The notes under the pieces are model-generated. The model did not search any database. It had not been told where the DNA came from and worked only from the letters and a program-made list of their open reading frames with translations. Position numbers and translations under genes: made by a program. Shown one piece after another: positions 18,702 to 27,229 of a DNA stretch of 27,331 bases (position 1 is its first letter; each line of letters begins with the position of its first letter). This DNA is from Nitrospinaceae bacterium (GTDB lineage: Bacteria > Nitrospinota > Nitrospinia > Nitrospinales > VA-1), in assembly GCA_046754465.1 (NCBI GenBank), contig JBHHVU010000043.1, positions 1-27,331 on the forward strand. The letters are read 5' to 3'.

Positions 18702-19187
18702 TCATTGTAAAGAGAAAAGAGAGCTCGGGCGTTGATCCATATTGATCCATTGGATATCAAAAACCCGATGATTTTCTTTGGTAAAGGATATTCGAACTTC
18801 TATTCGTGAGCAGATTCCAAATCCCGGCGAGGGGGAATCCTTACCAGAATAATAAAGCTTTTCAGCCCATTCCACCACGGAAATTCCCTGGCCGAAAAGG
18901 AATTCTTCCAACCCCAGATTTTCGATCTCAGCAAAACTTTCCGTCCGGAAAAGATCAATATGGTAAATCGGGTATTTGGCCTGGTACTCGTTGACCAGGG
19001 TAAAGGTGGGGCTGCGGACGTACTCGGTTTTCGGCATGCCCAATCCGTGGGCGATGCCCTGGGTGAATGTGGTTTTCCCGGCCCCCAAATCCCCGAACAG
19101 AAGGACGATATCGCCCGGCTGAAGGCTTTCCCCCAAATTCTTGCCCAGTGCCAGGGTTTCCTCGCGGTTCCTGGTGATGATCTCCAT
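18702..19187 (-). CDS. tsaE: tRNA threonylcarbamoyladenosine biosynthesis ATPase
   Basis: GDLGAGKTTF, VRSPTFTLVNEY, YHIDLFR and VVEWAE motifs. Confidence 0.96.
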   Translation of the reverse strand: MEIITRNREETLALGKNLGESLQPGDIVLLFGDLGAGKTTFTQGIAHGLGMPKTEYVRSPTFTLVNEYQAKYPIYHIDLFRTESFAEIENLGLEEFLFGQGISVVEWAEKLYYSGKDSPSPGFGICSRIEVRISFTKENHRVFDIQWINMDQRPSSLFSLQ

Positions 19188-19190
19188 GGG

Positions 19191-20774
19191 TCAGGACAGC
19201 GTTTTTTTAAGGGCTTTGGGAAAATAATCCAGCAGGTCCCCGGCGATCAAGGTTGTATCGCCATGGTCATGGGCATAAAGGTCACCCGCCAGCCCATGCA
19301 GGTAGGTTCCCGCGGCGGCGGCCTTCCGCGCATCCAGTCCCTGAGCGATCAAACCGGCTACGGCCCCCGTCAGAACATCGCCCGAACCGGCGGTGGCCAT
19401 TCCAGGATTTCCGGTCGAATTAATAAAAACCGTTTTATCGGGAGAAGCGATGAGGGAACTCGCGCCCTTTAAAATTACGTGAACGGAATTTTCTTGCGCG
19501 AACCGGGAAGCGGTTTCGATCCTTCTTTCCAGAATTTCCCGAGTGTCGATCCGGCAAAGCCGCGACATTTCTTTTGGGTGGGGAGTCAGAACCGCGGGTT
19601 CCTGGAAATTGGAGAGAATGGCGGTGTCTTCCGCTAGACAGTTCAACCCGTCCGCATCGATCACGAGGGGACAGGGGATGTCGGGAAGGAGTTCCATCAG
19701 AAGTTGAACCGTTCCCGGATGGGTGGAGAGGCCGGGTCCAACCGCCACCGCCGCCTTCCCCTGGCAGAGGTCCAGGAGGGGACCCTTGGCCCGCGGGTCC
19801 AGGGTGCCGGACTCGGTTTCCGGCATGGGCGCGGTCATGACCTCTAGGGGATGGAACTCAACGGCCCGCTGGCAGGAGGCTGGAAGAGCCAGGGTGGCCA
19901 ACCCGCATCCGGACCTCAAGGCGGCCAGGGCGGTGAGTCCCGCGGCGCCCCCCTTGCCCACGGCTCCGGCGATGACCAGCACATGACCATAATTCCCTTT
20001 GTGGGAATCGGGCGGTCTCTTTGGGAACCAGCTCGCAATATCCTCTTTACCGGCCTCCTGAACGGTGACCGATTGGCAATCCACCGCCTTGGGGGGAATG
20101 CCGATGTCGATGACCCGGACTTCACCCATAATCCCCGCCGCCGGATAGAGGCGGTGACATCGTTTCAGTAATGCCAGGGAAAGGGTGAGGTCGGCCCGGA
20201 TGTGGGGTCCAATCAATTGGCCGGTGTCCGAGTCCACCCCGGATGGGACATCCACCGCAACGACGTATTTTCCCAACCCGTTGATCTTTTCGATCACCTT
20301 TTCGTAGGTTCCGGCCGCCGGTTTGGTCAGCCCGGTACCAAAAATAGCGTCAACGAGGATGTCGCTATGACGCAACCGGTGGTCCTGGGAAGCGAGGTTG
20401 CCGGGCCCGATTTCTGTCACGGGGATGCCGATCCGGCTTGCGATTTCCGCGTTGGTTTTGGCATCGTTTTTGAGGCCGGTCCACTCGCCGATTAGAAGGA
20501 CCTGGACCTCCACTCCCCGGTTATGAAGATGCCTCGCCACCACGAAACCATCGCCGCCGTTGTTTCCTTTCCCGGCGAAGACCGCCACTCTTTTCCGGTC
20601 CAGGTCCGGAAATTTTCGCCAAAGCCACTCCACCACCCCCCGGCCTGCGTTTTCCATGAGGACGATACCCGGAATGCCATATTCCTCGATGGATCGCTTG
20701 TCGATGGCCTGCATTTCTCTCGCGGTAACTATTTTGTACAAGGAAAATTTCTCCCGAACGCGAGCGGGGAGCAA
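19191..20774 (-). CDS. nnr: Bifunctional NAD(P)H-hydrate epimerase/dehydratase (start may be TTG at 20741)
   Basis: LMENAG, GKGNNGGDG, DAIFGTG, DSHKGNYG, TPHPKEMSRL and GNPGMATAGSGDVLTG motifs. Confidence 0.96.
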   Translation of the reverse strand: MLPARVREKFSLYKIVTAREMQAIDKRSIEEYGIPGIVLMENAGRGVVEWLWRKFPDLDRKRVAVFAGKGNNGGDGFVVARHLHNRGVEVQVLLIGEWTGLKNDAKTNAEIASRIGIPVTEIGPGNLASQDHRLRHSDILVDAIFGTGLTKPAAGTYEKVIEKINGLGKYVVAVDVPSGVDSDTGQLIGPHIRADLTLSLALLKRCHRLYPAAGIMGEVRVIDIGIPPKAVDCQSVTVQEAGKEDIASWFPKRPPDSHKGNYGHVLVIAGAVGKGGAAGLTALAALRSGCGLATLALPASCQRAVEFHPLEVMTAPMPETESGTLDPRAKGPLLDLCQGKAAVAVGPGLSTHPGTVQLLMELLPDIPCPLVIDADGLNCLAEDTAILSNFQEPAVLTPHPKEMSRLCRIDTREILERRIETASRFAQENSVHVILKGASSLIASPDKTVFINSTGNPGMATAGSGDVLTGAVAGLIAQGLDARKAAAAGTYLHGLAGDLYAHDHGDTTLIAGDLLDYFPKALKKTLS

Positions 20775-20857
20775 TGGGCTCCCCGCCAGGGATAATGATT
20801 GTTACCGCTTCTCGCGGTTTGAAAGTTTTTTTGTGGCAGCAGGATTTGGTAAGGGAA

Positions 20858-21478
20858 TCATACGTAGATCGGATAAGGATAGTCCTTGGCTTTTTTGAGT
20901 TCCATTTCTTCCCGGGTCGGCGCCAGGCCGTTGATGACCGCGAAGAGACAGGGACAATCGTAGCCCCGGCGCAATTTCTCTTCCCCGGTCAGTGAATTGT
21001 ACTGGTCCTTATCCATTAAGAAAACCGTGTTGAAGAAATAATTTTTTACCAATAATTCGAAGTAAAGGGGTTTGCCGCGCAGCTCCGGAAGAAGACGGAC
21101 TCTTTCTTCACGGTTGTCGTGATTGTAATTGAAGGTGTGGCGAATCAGAACATCGTAAAGAAAGCAGAAATGATACGTGTTCATGTGGTACCAGGTGGAA
21201 GGATTTTCCAATCCTTCCTCCAGTATTTGAAGAAATTCAATCAGGATTTTTAGGGCGCCGATTTTATGGGCATGGGGGTAAAATTTCCTGGCGTCTTCCC
21301 GCCAGAATTCCCGGGGCTGGCGTTCCAGGAAAGAGAGGATTTCTTCTTCCTCGGAAAGGACGGTTTTTATAAAATGCAGGGGGTCCAGCCAGTCATCGTA
21401 ATCCGGGTCCGGAGACCGGGTGAGGTTAAACAGGCCCAAACTTTTTCGATCGTAAATGTTATTCTTGAAGATCAGCAT
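20858..21478 (-). CDS. Conserved hypothetical protein, paralog A (206 aa)
   Basis: Clear protein-level homology to 22222..22830 supports real coding. No family recognised. Confidence 0.85.
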   Translation of the reverse strand: MLIFKNNIYDRKSLGLFNLTRSPDPDYDDWLDPLHFIKTVLSEEEEILSFLERQPREFWREDARKFYPHAHKIGALKILIEFLQILEEGLENPSTWYHMNTYHFCFLYDVLIRHTFNYNHDNREERVRLLPELRGKPLYFELLVKNYFFNTVFLMDKDQYNSLTGEEKLRRGYDCPCLFAVINGLAPTREEMELKKAKDYPYPIYV

Positions 21479-21613
21479 GGCGCCAAGGCCGGGGGTCCCT
21501 CTTTAGAGAAAGGGTTGCCGGGACGGCCGGATTCTTTTTAAAATAAAACCAAATCTCCGAAACCACATTATTCTATAACTGAATCCCCCCGGATTCCATA
21601 AAACTTTCTGAAT

Positions 21614-22192
21614 GTGAAAAAAATGCCGGACCTTCATGACATAAAAGCCACCACCATCCAGGGGAAAGAAGTGGAGTTGTCCCGTTACCGGGGAAAAGTC
21701 CTGCTCATTGTCAACGTGGCCTCGAAGTGCGGCTTCACACCTCAATACCTTGGTTTGAAGGATTTGCACGAACGCTGGAAAGAACGGGACTTCGCGCTGC
21801 TGGCTTTTCCCTGCGATGATTTCGCCAACCAGGAACCGGGAAGCGACGCGGAGATCAAGGATTTTTGTGACGGGGAATATGGTGTTGAATTCGATCTTTT
21901 CAGTAAAATTAAAATTCTTGGAGATTCCCCGCATCCACTTTACAAATTCCTGCAAGCCTCCAAATTGGATTCCGCCCCGGCCCGTGGTCCGCGGGCTGGG
22001 TTGTTCGGGATATTCAAATCGTTGTGGTTCCTGAAGAAGGGAATCAAAAGACCCGCCGTCCATGAAGTCCAGTGGAATTTTCATAAGTTCCTGGTCGATC
22101 GGGAAGGGCGGCCGGTTGCGCATTTTTCCAGTCTCACCTCCCCCCTGGACCCGGACTTAACCGGGAAGATCGACGAGGAACTCAATAAATAA
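21614..22192 (+). CDS. Glutathione peroxidase family protein, Cys-type (probably thioredoxin-dependent)
   Basis: VNVASKCGFTPQY (TGC, not TGA), FPCDDFANQEPG, candidate resolving Cys in IKDFC, and WNFHKFLVD. Confidence 0.95.
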   Translation: MKKMPDLHDIKATTIQGKEVELSRYRGKVLLIVNVASKCGFTPQYLGLKDLHERWKERDFALLAFPCDDFANQEPGSDAEIKDFCDGEYGVEFDLFSKIKILGDSPHPLYKFLQASKLDSAPARGPRAGLFGIFKSLWFLKKGIKRPAVHEVQWNFHKFLVDREGRPVAHFSSLTSPLDPDLTGKIDEELNK

Positions 22193-22221
22193 GGTGGAGA
22201 ACCCATCCACGCAGGACAGGA

Positions 22222-22830
22222 TCAAGTTTCCGGGGACCGGCCGCCATAAGGATATTCGATTTCCGGGAGGAGGATTTCCTGCTCGGTGGGGAGGAGTTTG
22301 TTGATCACTCCAAATAAACATGGGTCGGCGAAACCCATATCTTCCTTTTCCTTGCTGCTTATATTGTTGAAACGGTCCGGATCGATTAGAAACGCGGTAT
22401 TGAAAAAATATTCCTCCAGAAAAGCATTGAAATCGATGGATTGACCGCACAATTCCGGGAATAGGGCTTCCCGCCCGGGGGGTGGCTCGTAACTGTAGTC
22501 CTCCAGGATGCCATAAAGGCTGTCATACAAATGGCAAAAGTGATAGGCGTTCATTTCATACCATGCTTGGGGATGAACCAACCCCTCCAAAAGCCGCTTG
22601 GAAAGGCTGTTCAAAACAGAAACCGGACCAAACCTGCCAGCATGGGGAAAAAGAGTATTGAGGCGTTCGTTGCTTTCGCCTTGATCCATCCGCTCCAGCC
22701 CAATAAAGAGATCCCGGTCGGTCATCAGAGCCTGGAAAAGAAAATTATAGGGGTCCACCCGTGGCTGAGAATCGGAGTGGGAAGATAGCGTGTGGGAAAA
22801 TTCATAAATATTGTTTTTGAAAGCCAACAT
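22222..22830 (-). CDS. Conserved hypothetical protein, paralog B (202 aa)
   Basis: Homologous to 20858..21478 (MLxFKNNIY, WYxMNxYHFCxLYD, YFFNTxFL, PCLFxVIN, YPY). Confidence 0.85.
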   Translation of the reverse strand: MLAFKNNIYEFSHTLSSHSDSQPRVDPYNFLFQALMTDRDLFIGLERMDQGESNERLNTLFPHAGRFGPVSVLNSLSKRLLEGLVHPQAWYEMNAYHFCHLYDSLYGILEDYSYEPPPGREALFPELCGQSIDFNAFLEEYFFNTAFLIDPDRFNNISSKEKEDMGFADPCLFGVINKLLPTEQEILLPEIEYPYGGRSPET

Positions 22831-23028
22831 ATTAAGGACTCAACATAAGGTCCGCCCGTGGGGTCCCACCCGGCGACGCGGGTTACGGGAATCCCCCGTG
22901 TTTTGGATCCAGGGACAATTTAAGATTCTACTGGCTCGGTCCCGCGGTTATAATCCTTCATCCTCAAAGAAGGTCTGGATTTTAGAATATGAGGTCTTTT
23001 TATACTAGCACGGCATCCCCAAACCAAG

Positions 23029-24405
23029 ATGAGCCGGATTATGAATATAACGGAAATGAGAAGAGCCTTGACCCGATTGCCGATGAGTGACCGGGCGGTG
23101 GATGGTTTTCTCCGCCTCTATAAAAAATTCCGGAAGGCCCCCGCAAAGATTGGAAACTGGGAGTCGATCCGGGGTCCGGATGAAAAAAGTCTGCTTTCCT
23201 ATGAATCGTTAAAGAAGCCGGATGCGGGGGCGGTGAAAAATGGTCTGTCCAAGGCCGCGGTGTGTAAATTGAATGGCGGATTGGGAACCAGCATGGGTTG
23301 CCGGGCTCCGAAATCCTCCATCAATGTCCGGCAGGGAAAATCCTTTTTGGATTTAATCGTCGAGCAGTTGCGTGAAATGAACCGGGAATTTCAGGCGGGC
23401 ATTCCCCTGATATTAATGAACAGTTTCTACACCCATGAAGAAACCGGGAAAACGATCCAAAAGTATGGCGGGCGGGTCGATATTCTGAGCTTCCAGCAAA
23501 ATCGGTTTCCCCGCCTTTTGGAAGACCCGGTTCAGCCGTTGGATGAAAAAATATTCAGGTCGAATACCTGGTATCCCCCGGGTCACGGAAATTTCTATTC
23601 CTGTATCCGGGACCAGGGGATCCTCGACCGATTGCTGGAAGAGGGGCGCGAAATTCTTTTCGTCTCCAACGCCGACAATCTGGGGGCGGTGCTCGATCCG
23701 GTCATCGTGAATACCATGCTGGAAAACGATATTCCGTTCCTGATGGAAATGACCGAAAAAACCGCCGCCGACGTCAAGGGCGGAACCCTCTACCAGGAAG
23801 ATGGCAAATTGAAGTTATTGGAAATTGCGCAGGTTCCTCAAGAGCATGTGGCGGAATTTTGCGGACAAGCCAAATTCAAGGTGTTCAATACGAACAATAT
23901 CTGGGTGAACCTCATTCATTTGCGAAATCGGCTGAATCAAGGCCCCCTCGACCTGGATGTCATCGTCAACCGGAAGAACCTGGAGGGGACACCCGTGATT
24001 CAGTTGGAAACCGCCATCGGGGCTGCCCTGGAGTGTTTCCCCCGAGCGGTGGGGTTGACCGTGGCGCGGGACCGCTTTCTTCCTGTAAAAAAAACCGATG
24101 ATCTGTTCCTGGTTCAATCCGACCTGTTTTTTACCCAAAAAGGGCGTTTGATCAGGAATCCCGGCCGTAAACGGCCTGGCTTGCCATGGGTCCAATTGAG
24201 AGATCCCTTCCAAATGCTGGACGAATACCAATCCCGGATCCCCACCGTCCCGTCAATTCTGGAACTGGAATCACTGGAACTGGAGGGAGACGTGCGTTTC
24301 GGTAAAAACGTGACCCTGAAAGGATGCGTCCGGTTGGTGGCCCGGAACCGGCCCCTTCTCATTGCCGACGGGTCGGTGGTGGAAAACGCGGTGGTGGAAC
24401 AGTGA
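23029..24405 (+). CDS. UTP--glucose-1-phosphate uridylyltransferase, eukaryote-type (UGP1/UgpA family, not GalU)
   Basis: KLNGGLGTSMG, LMNSFYTH, WYPPGHG, SNADNLGA, DVKGG, FNTNNIW, QLETAIG and RFLPVK motifs, plus the C-terminal beta-helix GDVRFGKNVTLKG. Confidence 0.95.
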   Translation: MSRIMNITEMRRALTRLPMSDRAVDGFLRLYKKFRKAPAKIGNWESIRGPDEKSLLSYESLKKPDAGAVKNGLSKAAVCKLNGGLGTSMGCRAPKSSINVRQGKSFLDLIVEQLREMNREFQAGIPLILMNSFYTHEETGKTIQKYGGRVDILSFQQNRFPRLLEDPVQPLDEKIFRSNTWYPPGHGNFYSCIRDQGILDRLLEEGREILFVSNADNLGAVLDPVIVNTMLENDIPFLMEMTEKTAADVKGGTLYQEDGKLKLLEIAQVPQEHVAEFCGQAKFKVFNTNNIWVNLIHLRNRLNQGPLDLDVIVNRKNLEGTPVIQLETAIGAALECFPRAVGLTVARDRFLPVKKTDDLFLVQSDLFFTQKGRLIRNPGRKRPGLPWVQLRDPFQMLDEYQSRIPTVPSILELESLELEGDVRFGKNVTLKGCVRLVARNRPLLIADGSVVENAVVEQ

Positions 24406-24438
24406 AGGATCCCAGGCATGAACGGCAGGGGATGGAAC

Positions 24439-25176
24439 TCATAGCGATTCCCGAACCGCTTTTTCATTCGGCGGGGAAATGAGGCCCGGTTGTTTCTTGC
24501 GAAGGCGGAGGTAAACCGTCACTATGCCCAGTAACAAAAGGATCAGCGCGGCCAACCGGAATTTTGGCGAGCCGATATCCAGCAGAGTGCTGCCAAAAAA
24601 ACCGTAAGCGAACGCCCGGGGCGTCAATCCCAAAACATGGGCGAGCAGATAATCCTTGAATTTCATGGAAGACAGGCCCGCCCCATAATTGATCACCGTC
24701 ACCGGCATAACGGGAATCAGACTGAGCAGAAAGACCACGGAGAAGTTGAACCGGGTGTTGTCGATCATCCCGGCCCCCAGCTTGAGTCTGCTTTTAACAA
24801 AATCGTGGCCCAGCCGGCGCGCGATCCAGAACCCCAGGGTTCCTCCCACCGCCGCCCCCAAGGAAGCGTAGAGGGGCCCCAGTACGGGGCCGAAGGCAAG
24901 TCCCCCTCCTATGAAAAGGAAAATGGAAGGGATCAAAAAGAGGGGGCGGATCATGAATATGGCGGTATAAATCATGGGGCCCGCGATGCCCAGGGCAACA
25001 ACGAAATCGCGGAAGTTTTCGGGAGTCAGTTTCATCCCCCTTCTTACCGTCAGGTAACTGGTGACGAACCCAATCAAAATGAGGAAAATAAATTTAATGA
25101 ACCGCTTTTTGGGATTTCCCCCCAAAACCCGGTCCAACACCTTGTTAAAAATGGGACTTTTCAGGTCGTTTTTCAT
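24439..25176 (-). CDS. TVP38/TMEM64 (VTT-domain, DedA superfamily) membrane protein
   Basis: Multiple TM segments with GGLAFG..LG, FWIARRLG, LIPVMP..VINY.AGLS and GLTP motifs. Confidence 0.9.
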   Translation of the reverse strand: MKNDLKSPIFNKVLDRVLGGNPKKRFIKFIFLILIGFVTSYLTVRRGMKLTPENFRDFVVALGIAGPMIYTAIFMIRPLFLIPSIFLFIGGGLAFGPVLGPLYASLGAAVGGTLGFWIARRLGHDFVKSRLKLGAGMIDNTRFNFSVVFLLSLIPVMPVTVINYGAGLSSMKFKDYLLAHVLGLTPRAFAYGFFGSTLLDIGSPKFRLAALILLLLGIVTVYLRLRKKQPGLISPPNEKAVRESL

Positions 25177-25439
25177 GATGGATCGATCCTGACTCCCCTG
25201 AGTAGAGGGAAGTTAAGAGCGGATTCCTCTTGCAATGGAGACGGGCAAACACCCTGGCGGTTTCAAAAACTAGTTGAAAATTAAGCCTGTATATTATTAT
25301 AACCGTTCCCTGTTTATAATAAACATGAATTTTAATTTTCCGGATCACGATCCGGCTGCCTTAGAAACTCCCTGAACTGCTCGAACCTAATTCGATAGTT
25401 TTCAGCGATTTTTTTCCTTCCTGGTGCCAGAAAAAATTA

Positions 25440-25467
25440 TTGACAGGATCGAATTCAAGGGTATACT
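25440..25467 (+). promoter_or_regulatory. Near-consensus sigma70 promoter upstream of the secreted orphan
   Basis: TTGACA (25440-25445)-N16-TATACT (25462-25467), with an A-tract upstream. Confidence 0.7.
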
Positions 25468-25718
25468 TTACGAATCCTATGGATTATAGGAATTCTACTG
25501 ATACTTAAGGGCTCCATTTTCCTTCACGGTTTCTTTCGGGTTGTGCGGGAATGCGTAGGAAAGATGGCGATTTTTACAGCAAATGTTATCCCATAATCTG
25601 GGTTTTAGATCTTTTATAGTTCAAAGAAAAAAATTGGGGAGGAGGTGACTCTAACCAAAAGCAATTTCAGGTCTAAAGGCAAGACCGTTTTTAACCAGGG
25701 TAAGGGAGGATAATACTC

Positions 25719-26129
25719 ATGAAAAAACTCGCTATTGTTTTACTTGTATCCATTTCCGCTCTTTGTTTTGTAGCTTCGGCGTTTGCTGGAACGATCAAAC
25801 CCGGCGAACAGACGAGTTGCAATAACTCCAAGGCCATTTCCTTGGAAGCTGCGGGAAGTTCTTCAGTGGGCGACCGGGGCAATGCCAATGCGGTCATCTG
25901 GAAGTCTTCCAACTACACCACGATTCCCATCTCCTTGGGTCCGTCGGACACTCATGGTTTAAAGGGGGCACGCGGAGTTGGCATGAGCAATAAACAAAGC
26001 CAGGGGCGGAAAGCCGTGGTCTTGAAACATCAAAACAACTTCAGCCGTGGAGATTCTATTGGGGACATCAGCGGATTGGTAAAAATTACCAATACCGGGA
26101 CCGTTCCAATCAATGTCAACTGTGGTTGA
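25719..26129 (+). CDS. Hypothetical secreted protein, 136 aa
   Basis: Strong RBS AAGGGAGGA, classic Sec signal peptide (MKK...AFA|GT), two Cys in the mature part, and its own terminator. Confidence 0.85.
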   Translation: MKKLAIVLLVSISALCFVASAFAGTIKPGEQTSCNNSKAISLEAAGSSSVGDRGNANAVIWKSSNYTTIPISLGPSDTHGLKGARGVGMSNKQSQGRKAVVLKHQNNFSRGDSIGDISGLVKITNTGTVPINVNCG

Positions 26130-26158
26130 TTGAGAGCTTTTTAGAGTCGAACATCCTT

Positions 26159-26195
26159 AAAACCGGTCTGATTTTTTCAGGCCGGTTTTTTTTTT
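26159..26195 (+). terminator. Rho-independent terminator, probably bidirectional
   Basis: AAAACCGGTCTGA-loop-TCAGGCCGGTTTT stem running into a T10 tract, between convergent genes. Confidence 0.85.
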
Positions 26196-26255
26196 GCTTA
26201 AATCCCCCCCGGCGGAATTCGGAATTTCTCGGGCTCCCCAACCCGGATATAACCC

Positions 26256-27068
26256 TCAGGTCTGATAAAAGGTCAGAATAATGATCGCGAGAATCACCCG
26301 GTAAATTATAAAAGGCATCAGGCCGACCCGGGCGACGATCTTCAATAGCAGCTGGATGGAAAAATAACCCACCAGAAAGGCCAGGCAGAACCCCACCCCC
26401 AGTTGCGCGCTATTATAGATCAGGTGATCGGCGGGATGGTTCCACCAGTTTGCCAGTGCGTGCAGTCCCGCCGCCAGGATGATGGGTGTTCCCAGTAAAA
26501 AAGAGAATCGCGCCGCCGCCGTATGCGACAGATTGCTGAACAGTCCCGCCGCAATGGTGATGCCCGAACGGGAGGTTCCGGGTAATAACGCCAGCGCCTG
26601 GGCGAATCCCACCAGCATCACCTGTCCCAACCCGAGACTTTTCAACCCGTTTCCGGGGTGCTCCCGTTTGGCGGCATAACGGTCGGCAATGAAGAAAACG
26701 GCGGACCAGACGATCAGATTGGACGCGACGAAGGTCGATCCGCGCACCTGCCGTTCGATGATGTCCGCGCCAAATAGTCCGGCCATCCCAGCGGGAATGG
26801 TGGCCAGCAAAATGCTGATGGCGAGCTGACGGGTAGCGGGATCGGACTGGCGATCAAATAGACTGAAAAATAATTGCGACAGATCTTTTCTGAAAAATAT
26901 GAAAATGGCCAGAAGCGTCCCCAGGTGCAGGATGGCGTCCAGGGCAAGCCCCGGATCTTCAAAATCAAAAATGATGGGAGCCAGAATCAAATGCCCGGAA
27001 CTGGATATGGGAAGAAATTCCGTCAAACCCTGAAGAATGCTCAATATAATGATGGGTCCGTAATTCAT
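26256..27068 (-). CDS. uppP: Undecaprenyl-diphosphate phosphatase
   Basis: QGLTEFLPISSSGHL, HLGT, QALALLPGTSRSGIT and AARFSFLL motifs. Likely start ATG at 27068. Confidence 0.96.
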   Translation of the reverse strand: MNYGPIIILSILQGLTEFLPISSSGHLILAPIIFDFEDPGLALDAILHLGTLLAIFIFFRKDLSQLFFSLFDRQSDPATRQLAISILLATIPAGMAGLFGADIIERQVRGSTFVASNLIVWSAVFFIADRYAAKREHPGNGLKSLGLGQVMLVGFAQALALLPGTSRSGITIAAGLFSNLSHTAAARFSFLLGTPIILAAGLHALANWWNHPADHLIYNSAQLGVGFCLAFLVGYFSIQLLLKIVARVGLMPFIIYRVILAIIILTFYQT

Positions 27069-27229
27069 GTCTGCCGATATCCCTTTTCTCGAAATAAAAA
27101 CCGGCAATACATTGTCCCGCGAATCGATCCGGGCGGCCCCGGGAGACGGCGTGATGTTGCGCTACGCAGGAGGTTGCTATCGCCGCACATGGGGTTTGGA
27201 GCCGAGATGTGCCTGTTTCTTACCGGCTT
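27069..27229 (-). ncRNA. Candidate structured cis-regulatory leader of uppP (unassigned family)
   Basis: A 10-bp closing stem that needs G-U pairs available only on the minus strand, three internal hairpins, and an alternative hairpin covering the RBS. Folded by eye only. Confidence 0.35.

Noticed and set aside
20791..20809. Partial Fur-box (GATAATGATTGTTA) upstream of nnr
   Set aside because: Only about 12 of 19 positions match the consensus, and mostly on one side. Too weak to call.
21720..21735. Possible selenocysteine in the glutathione peroxidase
   Set aside because: The catalytic codon is TGC (Cys), and there is no in-frame TGA.
25655..25700. c-di-GMP-I-like words (CAAAAGC...GGTCTAA) in the orphan leader
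   Set aside because: There is no P1 with GGCAAA or a GNRA tetraloop, and no matching 3' strand.
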